NCBI GenBank assembly: GCA_002269645.1
Contig: NIVC01004005.1
Coordinates: 1-64,000 of the forward strand
DNA: 64,000 bases
Direction: 5' to 3'
From: Macrostomum lignano
Lineage: Eukaryota
Both the position numbers and the translations under genes were made by a program. The stretch's first letter is position 1, and each line of letters starts with the position of its first letter. Below the pieces are notes generated by a model. It was not told where the DNA came from and ran no database searches. It was given only the letters and a program-made list of their open reading frames with translations. Positions 1-12,101 of this stretch are shown here, piece after piece.

Positions 1-547
1 ATACATAAGCTATTTTATAAAAAATAAAGCCAGCTGAAATGACTTTGATAAGTTTAGAAGCCCAAGCTTGCAGGCGTAAACAACTTGCTAATTGGTTCAG
101 CAATAATGTACATTAGCCAGTCCACTGAAATGTACATGGCAGCTTTAGGCTGGAATTCCGAGAAAGGCAATAAAATATTAGGGTGCGGAGGGGTAGTGTG
201 GAAAGGCGCGTTGGAGGGTTTAAGCTGGGGGTAAGAGCCAATAAATAAGCCTTGGCTTTAAAAATACATTAAAATGCTTCTGTTTAACTTGCTACTGACT
301 GAAAGTAGCTTACACGCAAATGTGCTGAGTGGCCCATTCAGTTATTTTTGTATCTGTAGTCAATTAGCTAGCTGTCCTGCTGATCGAGCGAAATATTAAA
401 AGGCTCTACGTACGTAAAAAACGAATTGCTATCAATGCTAGATCCGATACATATACCAACTGACTTTGGGAAGCAAGGGTTTGTGTATGGAGGCCCATTG
501 CTAGCTAAATACAAGCTTATGATTAGGTATTTCAAAACAATCAGTAC

Positions 548-2057
548 CTCAGTGACGAAGGTACTGGCGAACTCGGTCTGGTCGTAAATCCATTCGTGAC
601 AGGCTGGTCCAGTCTCGTTGCCATAGCTACACTTGCCGATTGACTCGAGATTCTGGGCTACCGACTCATTCAAAGTGGAGCGATTGGAACCGATGCCCGA
701 CTGCGGGCGGCATCTGAAACCCAGTTTTTTTAGGTGCTTGACTTTACAAATAAATTTAACTAACAATAGCCTCAAATGGTACTGTTTAGTAGCACGTCAG
801 AAATTTAATATCTAAAATTTAAGGCGGTGTTGCTGAGACGCCAAGTCTCGATTGGGGGAATGCTGAAAAACTACGGCTTGAGTTTAGGATGGCTGGCTAA
901 CCACCAAGGCTAATATAATAATAGGGTATTGTTGATTGCTAAAGCCCTCCTGGCATTTTTAGGGATTTTAGGGGTTTTTGTGTGCTAATATTGCTTTTGT
1001 CGGCAAATTGCTAGTTGTTTGAGCAAACTGTTGTTCAATAGTCAGTTTTGAGTGCTTAAATGGATGTTTAAGAATGATTTCAGTGCTGGCGTCCTTTTTA
1101 GTGCCGATGTCTATGGCCGAATTATCAACTTGGTTGTCTATGTCTATGGGCAAGACCAAATCTACTGCTGCCAATTTCAACTTGGAATTCTCTCAACTTG
1201 GTTGTCTATGTCTATGGGCAAGACCAAATCTACTGCTGCCAATTTCAACTTGGAATTCTCTCAACTTGGTTGTCTATGTCTATGGGCAAGACCAAATCTA
1301 CTGCTGCCAATTTCAACTTGGAATTCTCTCAACTTGGTTGTCTATGTCTATGGGCAAGACCAAATCTACTGCTGCCAATTTCAACTTGGAATTCTCTCAA
1401 CTTGGTTGTCTATGTCTATGGAAAGACCAAATCTACTGCTGCCAATTTCAACTTGGAATTCTCTCAACTTGGTTGTCTATGTCTATGGGCAAGACAAATC
1501 TACTGGCTGCCAATTTCAACTTGGAATTCTCTCAACTTGGTTGTCCACGTCTATGGGCAAGACCAAATCTACTGCTGTCAATTTCAACTTGGAATTCTCT
1601 CAACTTGGTTGTCCACGTCTATGGGCAAGTCCTTAGACTAAGACTTGAACTAGACTAGATTTCAAATCCGACTGGATTTGGCTTGAAATTTCGACTGGAA
1701 AACACCAGCGGAAAAGCTCGCGCGGCAAATCTCGGCGAGAAAACTTCTCGTGGGGAAGTTCTCGTGCTTCGGTAAACGGGGATGAGCTGAGCATTTTTCA
1801 TAGATGACTAATGAAAATCACAATAAAGCAGATACTTACAAGCCACCTAGCGCAATAAGTCCCGATCCTCACCTGTATTCGGGAGTGTACAGCAGATAGA
1901 TAGGCGCCAAGGTGTGAAATCCGCTGAGAATGGCAATCAGCGCCGGCACCAGGAAGATGAGCAGCTGAGCTCGGCCGAATCCGCCAATCTGCTTCAGCAG
2001 ATCGTCAAAGTTGAGCGTCATACCACCTGTTGATTGAGTTGGTACATCGGAAATCAT
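548..2057 (-). CDS. SLC22-family organic cation/anion transporter, 5' part (exons 1-2; gene continues beyond the left edge)
   Basis: Exon 1873-2057 (start ATG 2057 or 2021) encodes MTLNFDDLLKQIGGFGRAQ..., the typical SLC22 N-terminus, and ends AG|GTGAG. Exon 548-713 follows TTTCAG, is in matching phase 2, encodes C...CHEWIYDQTEFASTFVTE (SLC22 loop motif W.YD...STxVTE) and ends GAG|GTACTG. Confidence 0.85.
1121..1628. repeat. 68-bp intronic minisatellite, about 7.5 copies
   Basis: Unit TGTCTATGGGCAAGACCAAATCTACTGCTGCCAATTTCAACTTGGAATTCTCTCAACTTGGTTGTCTA recurs at 1141, 1209, etc., inside SLC22 intron 1. Confidence 0.95.
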
Positions 2058-4778
2058 ATTGTATAACCGAGTCTAGCTACAGGTCAGAAAATTACAGTTC
2101 ACACCGGAGACTATAAAGGTGCTACAATTAGATCTTGTATTAAGACTGATAAATAATGCATTAGAAGCCAGTCACAGAGCAGCTCATGCATATATAATAT
2201 CGGTGCGAATCAGATCTGAGTCTTAGCTGCCACCAATTTCGAATATTAATCATATGAGAGTATTACCAAGTGTCTTAAATTTACCTTATTGCCAAAATAA
2301 CCGCAGATAGAATCTTGAATTGCTTTATTGTCTACTCTTTAGTCGTTGCTGAATGCTGACAGAAATTAGCAAGAAGAGCAGCCAATTTCTGCTTTGCCTA
2401 AGAATTTCCAGACATTTATTTTATGCCTTCGCAATTTTGGCCTGGGAGTAGTAAGAGTGGCGGGGGTGGGCGTTGTTTAGCCCGGGCTTGCAGTCCACTG
2501 TGCGCGCTATTGCCCGCTCTGCGTGACCTTGAGAATTTTCCACAAGCCATCATCTCTCCCCCCGCTGAGCTTCTTCCCTTGCCGCTCTCTCCACAGCGTA
2601 CAGTTTGGGGCAGCTCTGGCGGCTGAAGCATGAGTGTCTCTGCAGCAGTAGCATCAGCTGTAGTGCGGTTCATTCTTAAAGCGTTGTTACACTAAGCGCG
2701 TTGGCGAGCGGCTCCAAGGATGTGGCGGTCCACTGCGACCGAGACAGCTTGTCCTCAGATGATCCTGAATAATGAGCGCTGTGTGAGATTGCAGCCGGGC
2801 CGCCTATCCTATAAGGTGAGGAGGAACAGAACAATGATGGGAAATCATTAATAGGGTGTCGGGAAAATGCCGCATCCTGCTCAACGCAGCCTCCCGGCTC
2901 CAGTCAGTTTCAACCGTCACTCACCGACCCGCCTTGTCCTCCACCTTAATCCCTCCCTATCAACTTTCTATTCTACCTGAGCAAAACCCTCTTCATTAAC
3001 CTGCCCGGAGAAGATTCAGACTTGAGCGGCGAACTGGGGGGGGATAGTGTCGACTCAGTTTCCCTCCCAATAATTATCAATCAAGAGAGTGAGAGTATCA
3101 ACGACAACAAAACTGAGACTCAAGCTTTATTGGGAAATGAGAGTCCCGCCGTGGCTCTCCAATTTCGATTTGCCTCATTCAGTCTTCTCTCCTCGCTCGC
3201 TAATCAGTTGACTGGCAATCAGCCTCCAAAGAAGACTCGAATTTCAACTTTCTATGGTTGGGCTTGCATGGGGCGGGCTCCCCTCTCCTCCTCATCGTGA
3301 CGACTATAGAGCTTCGGTCAGCTGGGATTCGAAGTTGCTAAGACTTAATGGGAAACTGCGGGGAGAAAAGAACCGCGTGCATGCGAGGGCGATTGCAAGG
3401 GATTATGATGGGGATCGGGCCTCGGATAGGGGCATCGGTTGGTAAAGAACTTCGGGATGCAATCCCATCTCTACCTATTGCGTCTCCCCCTACTCCCCCT
3501 GCTCAATCTCTCCCAAGCCGATGCGGTCGCCGTTCCGAGCGCCTCCTTTCTTCTTCTCATTACTGGGGAGAACATGGATGGGGCAGGGAGGCTGGGAGGA
3601 GACTCCGTCATCATTTGGGGGGAGACCTTAGGCCGGTGTGGCAGTCTTTTGTGTGCACCGGTGGCTTCTGTAATTACACGCCGGTTACTGTTCTCAGTCT
3701 CATAGCTAAGCTTTTCTTTCTCTGCTCTTCGTGCGGCCGATCCCCAGCTCCTGAGGGTTGAAAAAAGGCAGCGGAGGGCCGGCCTGGCGGCTACTTAAGG
3801 AGCATCGCCCGAGGATGAGGCAGCGGGCAAAACGCGGCCTACGACGGAAGCTGGACCCCGAAAGACAACAGAATCAGAATCGAAGAGACTGCAGGTATGT
3901 ACCTACCATCCCTATATCTTATTATACTTAGCAATTCTCTCGTCACAACTTCCCCGGATGCAAGTTTGCCGCGTCAAGTGAGGCTGGCTTGAGTATTTCA
4001 TCAGGTACTGCCAGCTGAGGCAAGCAGAGCCAACCCCGCTCTCTGAGCCTGTAGGGGAGTAGAAACTGTCGGAGTCGGGATGAATGGGATGCGAGCACGG
4101 TCTCAAGCCGTCTCCGTCAGTTTCTAACCCCATACGGTCTCTAGCAATTGCAGTACCTTATGGATGTACTCTTGCTAAGCATCTCTAAGCAACTCGCAAA
4201 AACCGGCCGGCAGTCAGCCTCTCTATCTCACTAGTAGCGTAGAAAACTAAGAGCAGAAAAAGCAGAAACTGAATGAGTCCAGCAGCCGTCCTATTGAGAA
4301 AGTAGCGGGTATAAAAAAGCAAATAGACGAACTCTGTACCATATTTTCGCATCGGGCTGGTTAGCGTGTTCGCAGGCTCCACGCACACACAACGCGCGCG
4401 AATGCAGAAACGCTTTTACAGAAAGCCACTTCTGCATTTTCTGGCTGCTTCAAGTGGCAGGGATGGGTGAAGCTGCCGGGCCCTGAGGCTGCTTGCTAGC
4501 TTAGTTCTGCTCGGACTAAAAAGCAAAACATATACAGATCAAAGTGCGCGCAGCAATGGATCTATAGAAAACTCGCTGTAGTGTTTAGAGTCTTAATACG
4601 AAATATTTGCTGGCTGAATCATTTTTGATAACAACCTTTTATTTGGTTCGTACCACATACGAGCTACTTACACTGAAGCGTACTAACAAGTAGAGACTAG
4701 AGCAAATTTCTCTATTCGTTGTGAAAGCTGGAAATTAAGTAAGACCAGATAAAAATTGGTACAGTCGCGACAGCATTC

Positions 4779-4891
4779 ACACCCGTCTAGAACAGCATCT
4801 ACCCCTGTCTTGAACAGCATCTACCCCCGTCTAGAACAGCATCCACCCCCGTCTAGAACAGCATCCGCCCCCGTCTAGAACAGAATCCGCC
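4779..4891. repeat. 22-bp tandem repeat, about 5 copies
   Basis: ACCCCCGTCTAGAACAGCATCY repeated. Confidence 0.85.
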
Positions 4892-6489
4892 CTATCCCAA
4901 GCAAAACTCGTCAATTAAGGTACAAAACGCTTTAATTTAACACTGATTACAAAGTCAATGAATTTTATCGAATAGCTACTGATAACTGTATACGAGCCGT
5001 AGCTTTCCCATCGGAGTCAGCTGCTGTAGTACTTCAAATAGCTAAAGGACCCTGTGGCGATTTTAGGTTAATTACTTTACGAATAGTTAATTAGAAACCT
5101 TGCCGCAGATCAAGGTGTAGAACACTTTACTGAAACATCTAAATCGAAACGATACTACGTATATAGAGGATGACTGCATCTAGCTGACTTTATTGAACAA
5201 AATGTTACAAAGTATTTACTGATACAATGCTTGAGGAATCTGTGGTCAAAGAAGATGATTTATTAAGCTAATTGTCCCTTTACTTTCTTTCGATTTAAGC
5301 TAGGCCACAAAGGAATATTACCGGCTCGTAATTACCCTGCCTCTTCGCTGTGAGCGACATTCCACTAAGTTTTTCCAATTTTCCGTTTTTGAGTTAAATG
5401 CTTTTGTAATGACGCTTAAAAGACTATACGCATATCTATACTTTCACTGAAAGTTAATGTTGCCTTAAGTTATTTCCAGCTATAAGCGGTTTCAAATATA
5501 CCGATTTATTGGATTTTTGTCGCGTTCTGTTCGTTTGCTTTTGATGCATTTCCTACAATCTATGCAAGCATCATAATAGCACTACTGACTACTATATTTT
5601 CCAGTAGTAGAATTTGTCAGCAATCTTTCTTAGCGATTAATTTTGCGCATAGTTTGAACTTCTAACATCATCATAGTTAACGGCCCAGACTTTCGCATTG
5701 TCTGACATGTGCATGCAAGACAGACGCGGTGAATCACTCTGAGCTCCTCTGCCTCACCCCCCCCCTCCCCATATACAACATAATTGTTGGCCGTACACCG
5801 TTAACTCTCTGACCCTCATTTGTACAATGCCTTCCCCCGTCACCCTGCAGCCAATCAGCTTGCACGCTTCTTGTTTATCAGGCGCAAATCCACCCCACGA
5901 AAATATCGATTGCTAAATATTGGCGCTCAAGGCAGCGCCTCTAAACAAAAATCTAAAGCAATCATGACAACAAGATTGACGCAATCAAGTTTACTTGTAT
6001 ATATTTTGCTAATTATAAGCTATCAGTCAGGATAACGGATGAAGGTCAAGTTTGACCATTCCAGTCAGGGCGCATCGTCTGAGATTTTGAACAATCCAGA
6101 GTTTCCAGACTCAATGGGATGCATGTAGAAGATCAGAAACCCAAATGTTTAAATATTTGCCCAGCCTCAGAGAGCAAATTAACAGAGTGGGCTTTCTAAA
6201 TTTAACCTGTACCGGCCGAGTGCTATATTCGTTTTGAAAAAGAATAGCGCTCTTGTACTTCCGAACAAAATTGGCTTGACTAAAGATTTTACTTTTATCC
6301 CCCACTTGTCCCGGTCAAATAAGTATATGGTCAAGTGTTGAAGCATTTATTTGTCCCGGACGAAGAAACGATTTATTTGGAACTGACAACAACAACAGAC
6401 CGAGCCAAGTTGTGGAAAAATACTATCTCTCCCGTTTATTCATTTGTCTATGGCCAGAACGACTTCAAACTCGTTTCTCAGGCCTCGGC

Positions 6490-6887
6490 ACGTATTAAAC
6501 ATTCGCCGACACTTATTCAGACACTTCTACAGACACTTTAGTTTCTGTCGTACGAATCGTAGGAACAAGCATTAAATTTGTTTATTCCTAACAAACTATC
6601 AGTAAACTGCTTTATTTTAAGCTTTTTTTGCTTTATTTTATTAAATATGAATCATGAAATTTGTTATTCTGCATAGATTCTCTTCACGTGAAGAAGAATG
6701 TTAAATTTGTCCAGGACACTTCCTAATTCATATTTAATAAAATAAAGCAAAAAAGCTTAAAATAAAGCAGTTTACTAATAGTTTGTTAGGAATAAACAAA
6801 TTTAATGCTTGTTCCTACGATTCGTACGACAGAAACTAAAGTGTCTGTAGAAGTGTCTGAATAAGTGTCGGCGAATGTTTAATACGT
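6490..6887. mobile_element. Foldback MITE (Mutator-like), about 160-bp TIRs, 9-bp TSD
   Basis: ACGTATTAAACATTCGCCGAC...TTAAATATGA (6490-6650) is the near-perfect reverse complement of 6728-6887. GGCCTCGGC flanks both sides (6481-6489 and 6888-6896). Confidence 0.9.
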
Positions 6888-7110
6888 GGCCTCGGCGCAT
6901 TATATACTTATACCTCTTTTGGCCGCGCCGAATAAGTCTATGGTCGAATGTAAAAGCCGTTTATTTGTCCCGGCCAAATAAACGATCCAAATAAATAAGG
7001 CAAAGGAATGAGCCACAAAAAGTACTCAAAGAAATACACGTACAAGCTACAGATTATAATGTTTTAGAAAAGCGAGCAGTTGTTAACCAGTTTTTTGGCT
7101 TGACAGTATA

Positions 7111-7243
7111 TTATTTCCGTTTATTTTAGTCTTTGGTCTGAAGCATAAGCTTCGGACTCGCATCCAGGCCTCGGCTTCGCCTCGGTCAAGAAACGAGTCC
7201 TCTGCTTTTGCTTCAAACCAAAGAAATAAATAAACGGAAATAA
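7111..7243. mobile_element. Short hairpin/MITE-like element
   Basis: TTATTTCCGTTTATTT..CTTTGGTCTGAAGCA..AGC pairs imperfectly with GCTTTTGCTTCAAACCAAAG..AAATAAACGGAAATAA, around a central GCCTCGGCTTCGCCTCGG. Confidence 0.55.
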
Positions 7244-7522
7244 CTTTCATTTAGCCACACAGTATATTCTGTGCATTTAGCTGGCTTACGAGTGTAGCCA
7301 CATACTAGCTGTGTAGCACATTACGAGCTCAATGACTGAATTCCGTTGGGAATTCAATTCGATGAATAAAAAGATTTTACGTTCTTAGGGGTGCCCCTTC
7401 CTACTTACATTCTTCTGCTGCATTTTAGCGAATAGGAGTGGCAGAACTCAAACGCACCGTTTCGAACTGTAAGTTTGGTCAGGACGGCAGGTGTGGGGTG
7501 TCCAAGTGGCCGGTGAATCACA

Positions 7523-7536
7523 GCTGCTATAGTAAC
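7523..7536. promoter_or_regulatory. RFX X-box-like motif upstream of the GPCR
   Basis: GCTGCTATAGTAAC matches 13/14 positions of the X-box consensus GTYNCYATRGYAAC; about 870 bp upstream of the GPCR ATG. Confidence 0.35.
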
Positions 7537-8401
7537 AACGCCAAGTTTGTACCATTGATATACCTCCGTGCATTTTAAACAGTGATCTGTGTCAGCAGTG
7601 AGGGTATTTGACTAGAATCTATCAGTTTATTGCTGCCAGTACTGCCAGTGAGTAGTACGGATAAAGGCATGCGTCCTTTACTGCTGAGCTCCGCGCCGCC
7701 TTCAAAATCGACGACGAACGAGTGTACCAGTGTGGAAATATATCGATTGCCACGCCCATCCAAGCGACCTTCTGCATCGTCGGCGAATCCAGCTGCAGTC
7801 GACGAAACGCCCACAGTCGGTACAGGAGGTGCGTCGCTGACCCTGACGTTATATGAATGATGATATTTAGAGAATGGGAAGACTTCTTCCCGATCTCCAT
7901 CGTGAGGTGCAAAGATTTCATGACTAGCTATGCAATACGATATTTGATCAGCAGATGTCAACAAAGCAAGCCCCTTTCAACTTGGAAGCTATCATATTTT
8001 TGCTTTCATATTCCGACCCCGCGCAATAAGCAAAAATCTACGGAGGACCATCGGCGCGTGACGCTGAATAGCGGAATTAGGGACTTAATTAAAAACTTCT
8101 ATATTATGAGCTGAAAGTTTTTTCTCATTTATCCACGCATTTGTGATTCTGTGACTTCTTTATTTAAACTTCCGTTACCGTTAGCATTCCGTGGGATTTC
8201 ATTTGTGGCCAGGGAAAGGCTGCATGGAGAGATCCGTAGGCTGAGCACATTGGCTGGGCTCGGCCAATCAAGCCCGTAAGAGACTCGCGCTTTTATGCTT
8301 ACATTTACGCTCGTATTTAAGAACCCGAGGAAAATGATGGCTTTCTGAAAAGCTACAGGTAGCTATCAATATTTTCAACCATTGGGAAGGCTGATAGCAC
8401 A

Positions 8402-10183
8402 ATGATATCAACAGCAATAAACCAACCGAATTGTTCCTGGCTACTTCTAGCCCATCCGGCTCAGTTCGACCCCTTAGACATTGCCTCTCTGCTGCGCCTG
8501 TTAGAGTGCCAAAACCTGACGGAGTCTGCTGCGGCAGTTCGAGGTCAGTTATTCGATATTGAGGAAGCTGAGCGGCGCGCCCTGCCCACACTTCGTGTCG
8601 TGGCCGCCGCGTACGCCGCGCTGATGCTGCTTGGCGCCTGTGGCAATGGTATAGTAGCCTACATTGTGCTGGCTAACCGGCGCCTGCGCACGCCTAGGAA
8701 TTTGTACATAGCCAACCTGGCCCTGTCCGACCTGACACTGTGCGGCCTCACTCAGCCGTTGAATTTGGTGAAGCTGTTCCAGCGCTACAACGGCTGGGCG
8801 TTCGGCCAGGCTGCCTGCAAGCTGGTAAACACACTGACTGGATTGAACGCCTTCGTGTCTACGTATGCCATTGTGGCCATTGCCTGCGATCGTCTGCTGG
8901 TATGTCAAAGTACGGGGTTTTTGCGCTTTGTGATATAATTTAGGTATAATAAAACTGCGACCTATATGCTATGGATATCCGTTTTACGTTCTAACCAATT
9001 CCAGTACCTCCGTGGACCTCGCCGAAACAGTCGGCCCGGGACGCTCGGTCAATCGTCGACGTCAATCTCGACAGGCCGCAGCCGGCTGAGTGGCCGCGGC
9101 AAAGCCGCTAGGACTATCGTCTGCGTCTGGATTCTGGCCGCGCTTCTGGCCAGCCCGCTTGCCTGGTTTGCCGAGATCGTTGAGTTCCGTTCGCCGCTTG
9201 GGCTGCGACTGCTCTGTACGGAGCTAGCAGTCTTAGACTGGCGGATGAAGCTATGGAAGCTGGGCTACAGTGGGCTGGCATTGCTAGTCCAGTACTTGGT
9301 GCCATTGTGCACAGTGACAGTTGCCTACGGGATTGTCTGCCACCGGCTCAACGGCCGCGTCCGTCGTCGTAGAACCTCGCCAAATCTCACCGCCTATCAG
9401 CGCCGACGAGCTGAGCAGGAATGGCGCCGGAGCCGACGCGCGAACCTCGTTCTGGCGCTCATCATCCTGGTGTTCGCCATCGCTTGGCTGCCTCTGACGC
9501 TCAGCAACGTCAGACATGACCTGTATGGTCTATTTGCTTCACTGCACGACAGCGGAGAGGGAAACGTATCAACGTATCCTAACCTGCGTCACTACGAGGC
9601 GCAATCAAACGACAGCGCCACGACCGAGGCGATCTCTAGATGGATACCTCTGCTGATTATCCCGCTGTCCGCCTGTCTAAATCCGCTACTCTACGGCCTG
9701 TTGAACTGCAATATTCAGGCGGAACTACGACGCTCTCTCGGTCAGTTTTGTTTGAGATCGGCGCCGGCTGGCTGTGGCGGCTGCGGAGGAGACGCCATTG
9801 CCGGAGGCAGACGACGGCACAGACGGCAAACCGTAGTTCTCGTACCGCCCGCAGCGGCTCATGAGACTGCTCAAAACGAAGGAAATAGCCTCGTTGCTGA
9901 AGTAGATGGAAGTGACAATAATGAATGCATCATCTGCGGATCGACAGCCGAAGACGCAGTCACTACGCTGGGCGAATTCGGCGGCCGTACAGACACTGGC
10001 GGGCAATGGGACACGCTGCTAACTGACGTTGTGGAGCTCGTAAACAACCCGACGGTGGTCCCTCGCGTGCCAGACACGCTGGCTCCGACACCGTCTCCAA
10101 CGCTATCGTGGCCACAGCAATGGCTGCCATTGATGCCGTTCATTGACGATGATATACATGTAGAAGACGAAAGTCTTTGCTAG
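8402..10183 (+). CDS. Class A GPCR, neuropeptide Y/F receptor-like (2 exons: 8402-8899, 9005-10183; about 558 aa)
   Basis: TM1 GN, RTPRNLYIANLALSDL (TM2), WAFGQAACKL (ECL1/TM3), DRL at the DRY position, FAIAWLPL (TM6), NPLLY (TM7). Phase-0 intron CTG|GTATGT ... TTCTAACCAATTCCAG|TAC. Confidence 0.9.
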
Positions 10184-11147
10184 GTGATCTCTGATTGTTC
10201 CAGCAAGCTATTGGACCACGTGATGTTTAGGAAGGTGGTCGCACTTTTTGACAGTCTGATTCTGGATACTGTTTTCTTTTCATGTGCAAATCACTTTGCT
10301 AGCTGTGACTCGTGTCAGGGACGCTTTTGACTCGGGATTATCCGGCCACACCTTTTGTCGATTGTATAGCGTCGCACACAGTTAATCAATTCTACATTGG
10401 CTCATTAAGGCAATATATTATATTGTTCTTTGATTTGCTTGATTCCATCAAAGGTTCATCGCAACAAAACAATTTTTATTAATGTTGTCTACTATCCTAA
10501 GCAAGTTTATCAGCTCATGGTGAATATCCTACTCCATCACTCCAAGTGAAAAATTAAACAACATGACTATACGGAGTCTGGATAGGTTTTTGTATGCAAT
10601 ATCGTTTAAAGTGACTCATTGTTCAATGGAAACGATTTATTTGAATGGCGTGTTTAGTAATGCTTCAGTATAATTTTTTTACAAACGTTAGGCCTACTAA
10701 GTCGCGAACTATTAGAAGGTAGCAAATTATGGGCGACAATGAATTAGGTGAAAAGTTTTTTTTACATCGGATTACAGGCAAAGTGCGAAGGAGGCAATTT
10801 CAAGACTGAAATCTTGCTAAAGACCTTTGCATTCAGCTAAAGTTCTTCCAGCAAAATTGCATTTGTGTGAGGCGGGAATCTCTCGTAACAATACTTGAAA
10901 TAATAAAATCGAAAAGGCTAAAAACTTGCAGCAAAAATTAGCAGAGGTTTGCATAATGTAAATCTGTAGAGAAATTTTCATCATCAATCACGCATGGCCG
11001 GTGGGAAAACTAGAGAAGGTCAGATAGCTCGTACCAAGGATTCTATCAAATACCACATCGGGATGGTAGGGCATTTAGCTCCAAAAACTCGACAAATTTG
11101 ACATTAAAATGGAGCACTTCAATCAAGACTCGGCATTATTACCGAGT

Positions 11148-12101
11148 TCAAGTGGAAGAGTGAGCCAAGTCTTTGTTTAGAGCCTTCGAGCAGAGCTCCT
11201 GCAAGTAACCGATAGTGCAGGCGGCGCACTGCCCGCAGATATCGTCAACCGAAGCCAGCCTTGGCAGGTCGTGCTCGGCGCAGTGATTCAGCGGCACCTT
11301 CTGTATCTTGCCCTCCACACGGGTTACCGAGCGCTTCGTTGATAGGTAGATTTCTTCGACCATGCTCTGCAGGTGGCGAATCTTCTTCTTCAAGATGAGG
11401 GACAGAGTCTCGGAAGACAGGCCGAGCTCCTCGGCGCGGGACTCGAGCAGCTCCACTGGCAGGGCGCAGCAAAAGTCGGTGGCGTATCGCTTCAGGGCGC
11501 CAAGGTCGAAACGATCGGCCAGCTCCAGTGCAGCAAATACCGTCTCGTCCTTCAGGCTGCGCAGGAGACGCTCCTCGCAGTCGCGCACCAGCGGCTCAAC
11601 CTGAAGCCGGTGCACCAGCGGTAGGAGGCTTAGCGCGCCGGCGTAGTCGATTTCACAGCCTCCAGGCGTGTAGATGGCCCGCAACATCAATTCCACTGTT
11701 TCCGGGGCGTCCTCTGGTAGGCTAATTGTCTGCGACTGCTGCTCCTGACACGGATTAGTGAGCATGGCTCGAAACACGGGCGACCACAACGACAGGAGAA
11801 TCCGGTGGGCGCGGAGTCGCTGCCTCTCGGGTCCGGCCAGCAGGGTGACGTCGCTGAACAGTAGGCTGTCCTGGCGAAAGTCCAGACCAGCGCCACCGGA
11901 AGACATCGGACTAGATAGGTTGACGACGCTGCCGCTACCGCTGCCGCCAACTCCGGTGCGCTTTCTAGGTCGAGCTGCTACTGTCGATGATGAAGCAATT
12001 GGAGGATGCTGAGGTTGCTGTTGCTGAGATTGCGATTGCTGATGCTGCTGCTGCTGCTGCCTGCCAACAGTGGAGCTATTTGGTGATGGGGACGAGGACA
12101 T
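11148..12101 (-). CDS. BTB/POZ domain protein (intronless, 317 aa)
   Basis: FSDVTLLAGPERQRLRAHRILLSLWSPVFRAML ... ISLPEDAPETVELMLRAIYT is a canonical BTB domain, followed by a BACK-like helix (ETVFAALELADRFDLGALKRYA). The N-terminus is Ser/Gln-rich. Confidence 0.9.
   Translation of the reverse strand: MSSSPSPNSSTVGRQQQQQHQQSQSQQQQPQHPPIASSSTVAARPRKRTGVGGSGSGSVVNLSSPMSSGGAGLDFRQDSLLFSDVTLLAGPERQRLRAHRILLSLWSPVFRAMLTNPCQEQQSQTISLPEDAPETVELMLRAIYTPGGCEIDYAGALSLLPLVHRLQVEPLVRDCEERLLRSLKDETVFAALELADRFDLGALKRYATDFCCALPVELLESRAEELGLSSETLSLILKKKIRHLQSMVEEIYLSTKRSVTRVEGKIQKVPLNHCAEHDLPRLASVDDICGQCAACTIGYLQELCSKALNKDLAHSST

Noticed and set aside
1052-1658. Two 194-aa ORFs and one 147-aa ORF
   Set aside because: They are translations of the 68-bp intronic repeat, antisense to the SLC22 intron.
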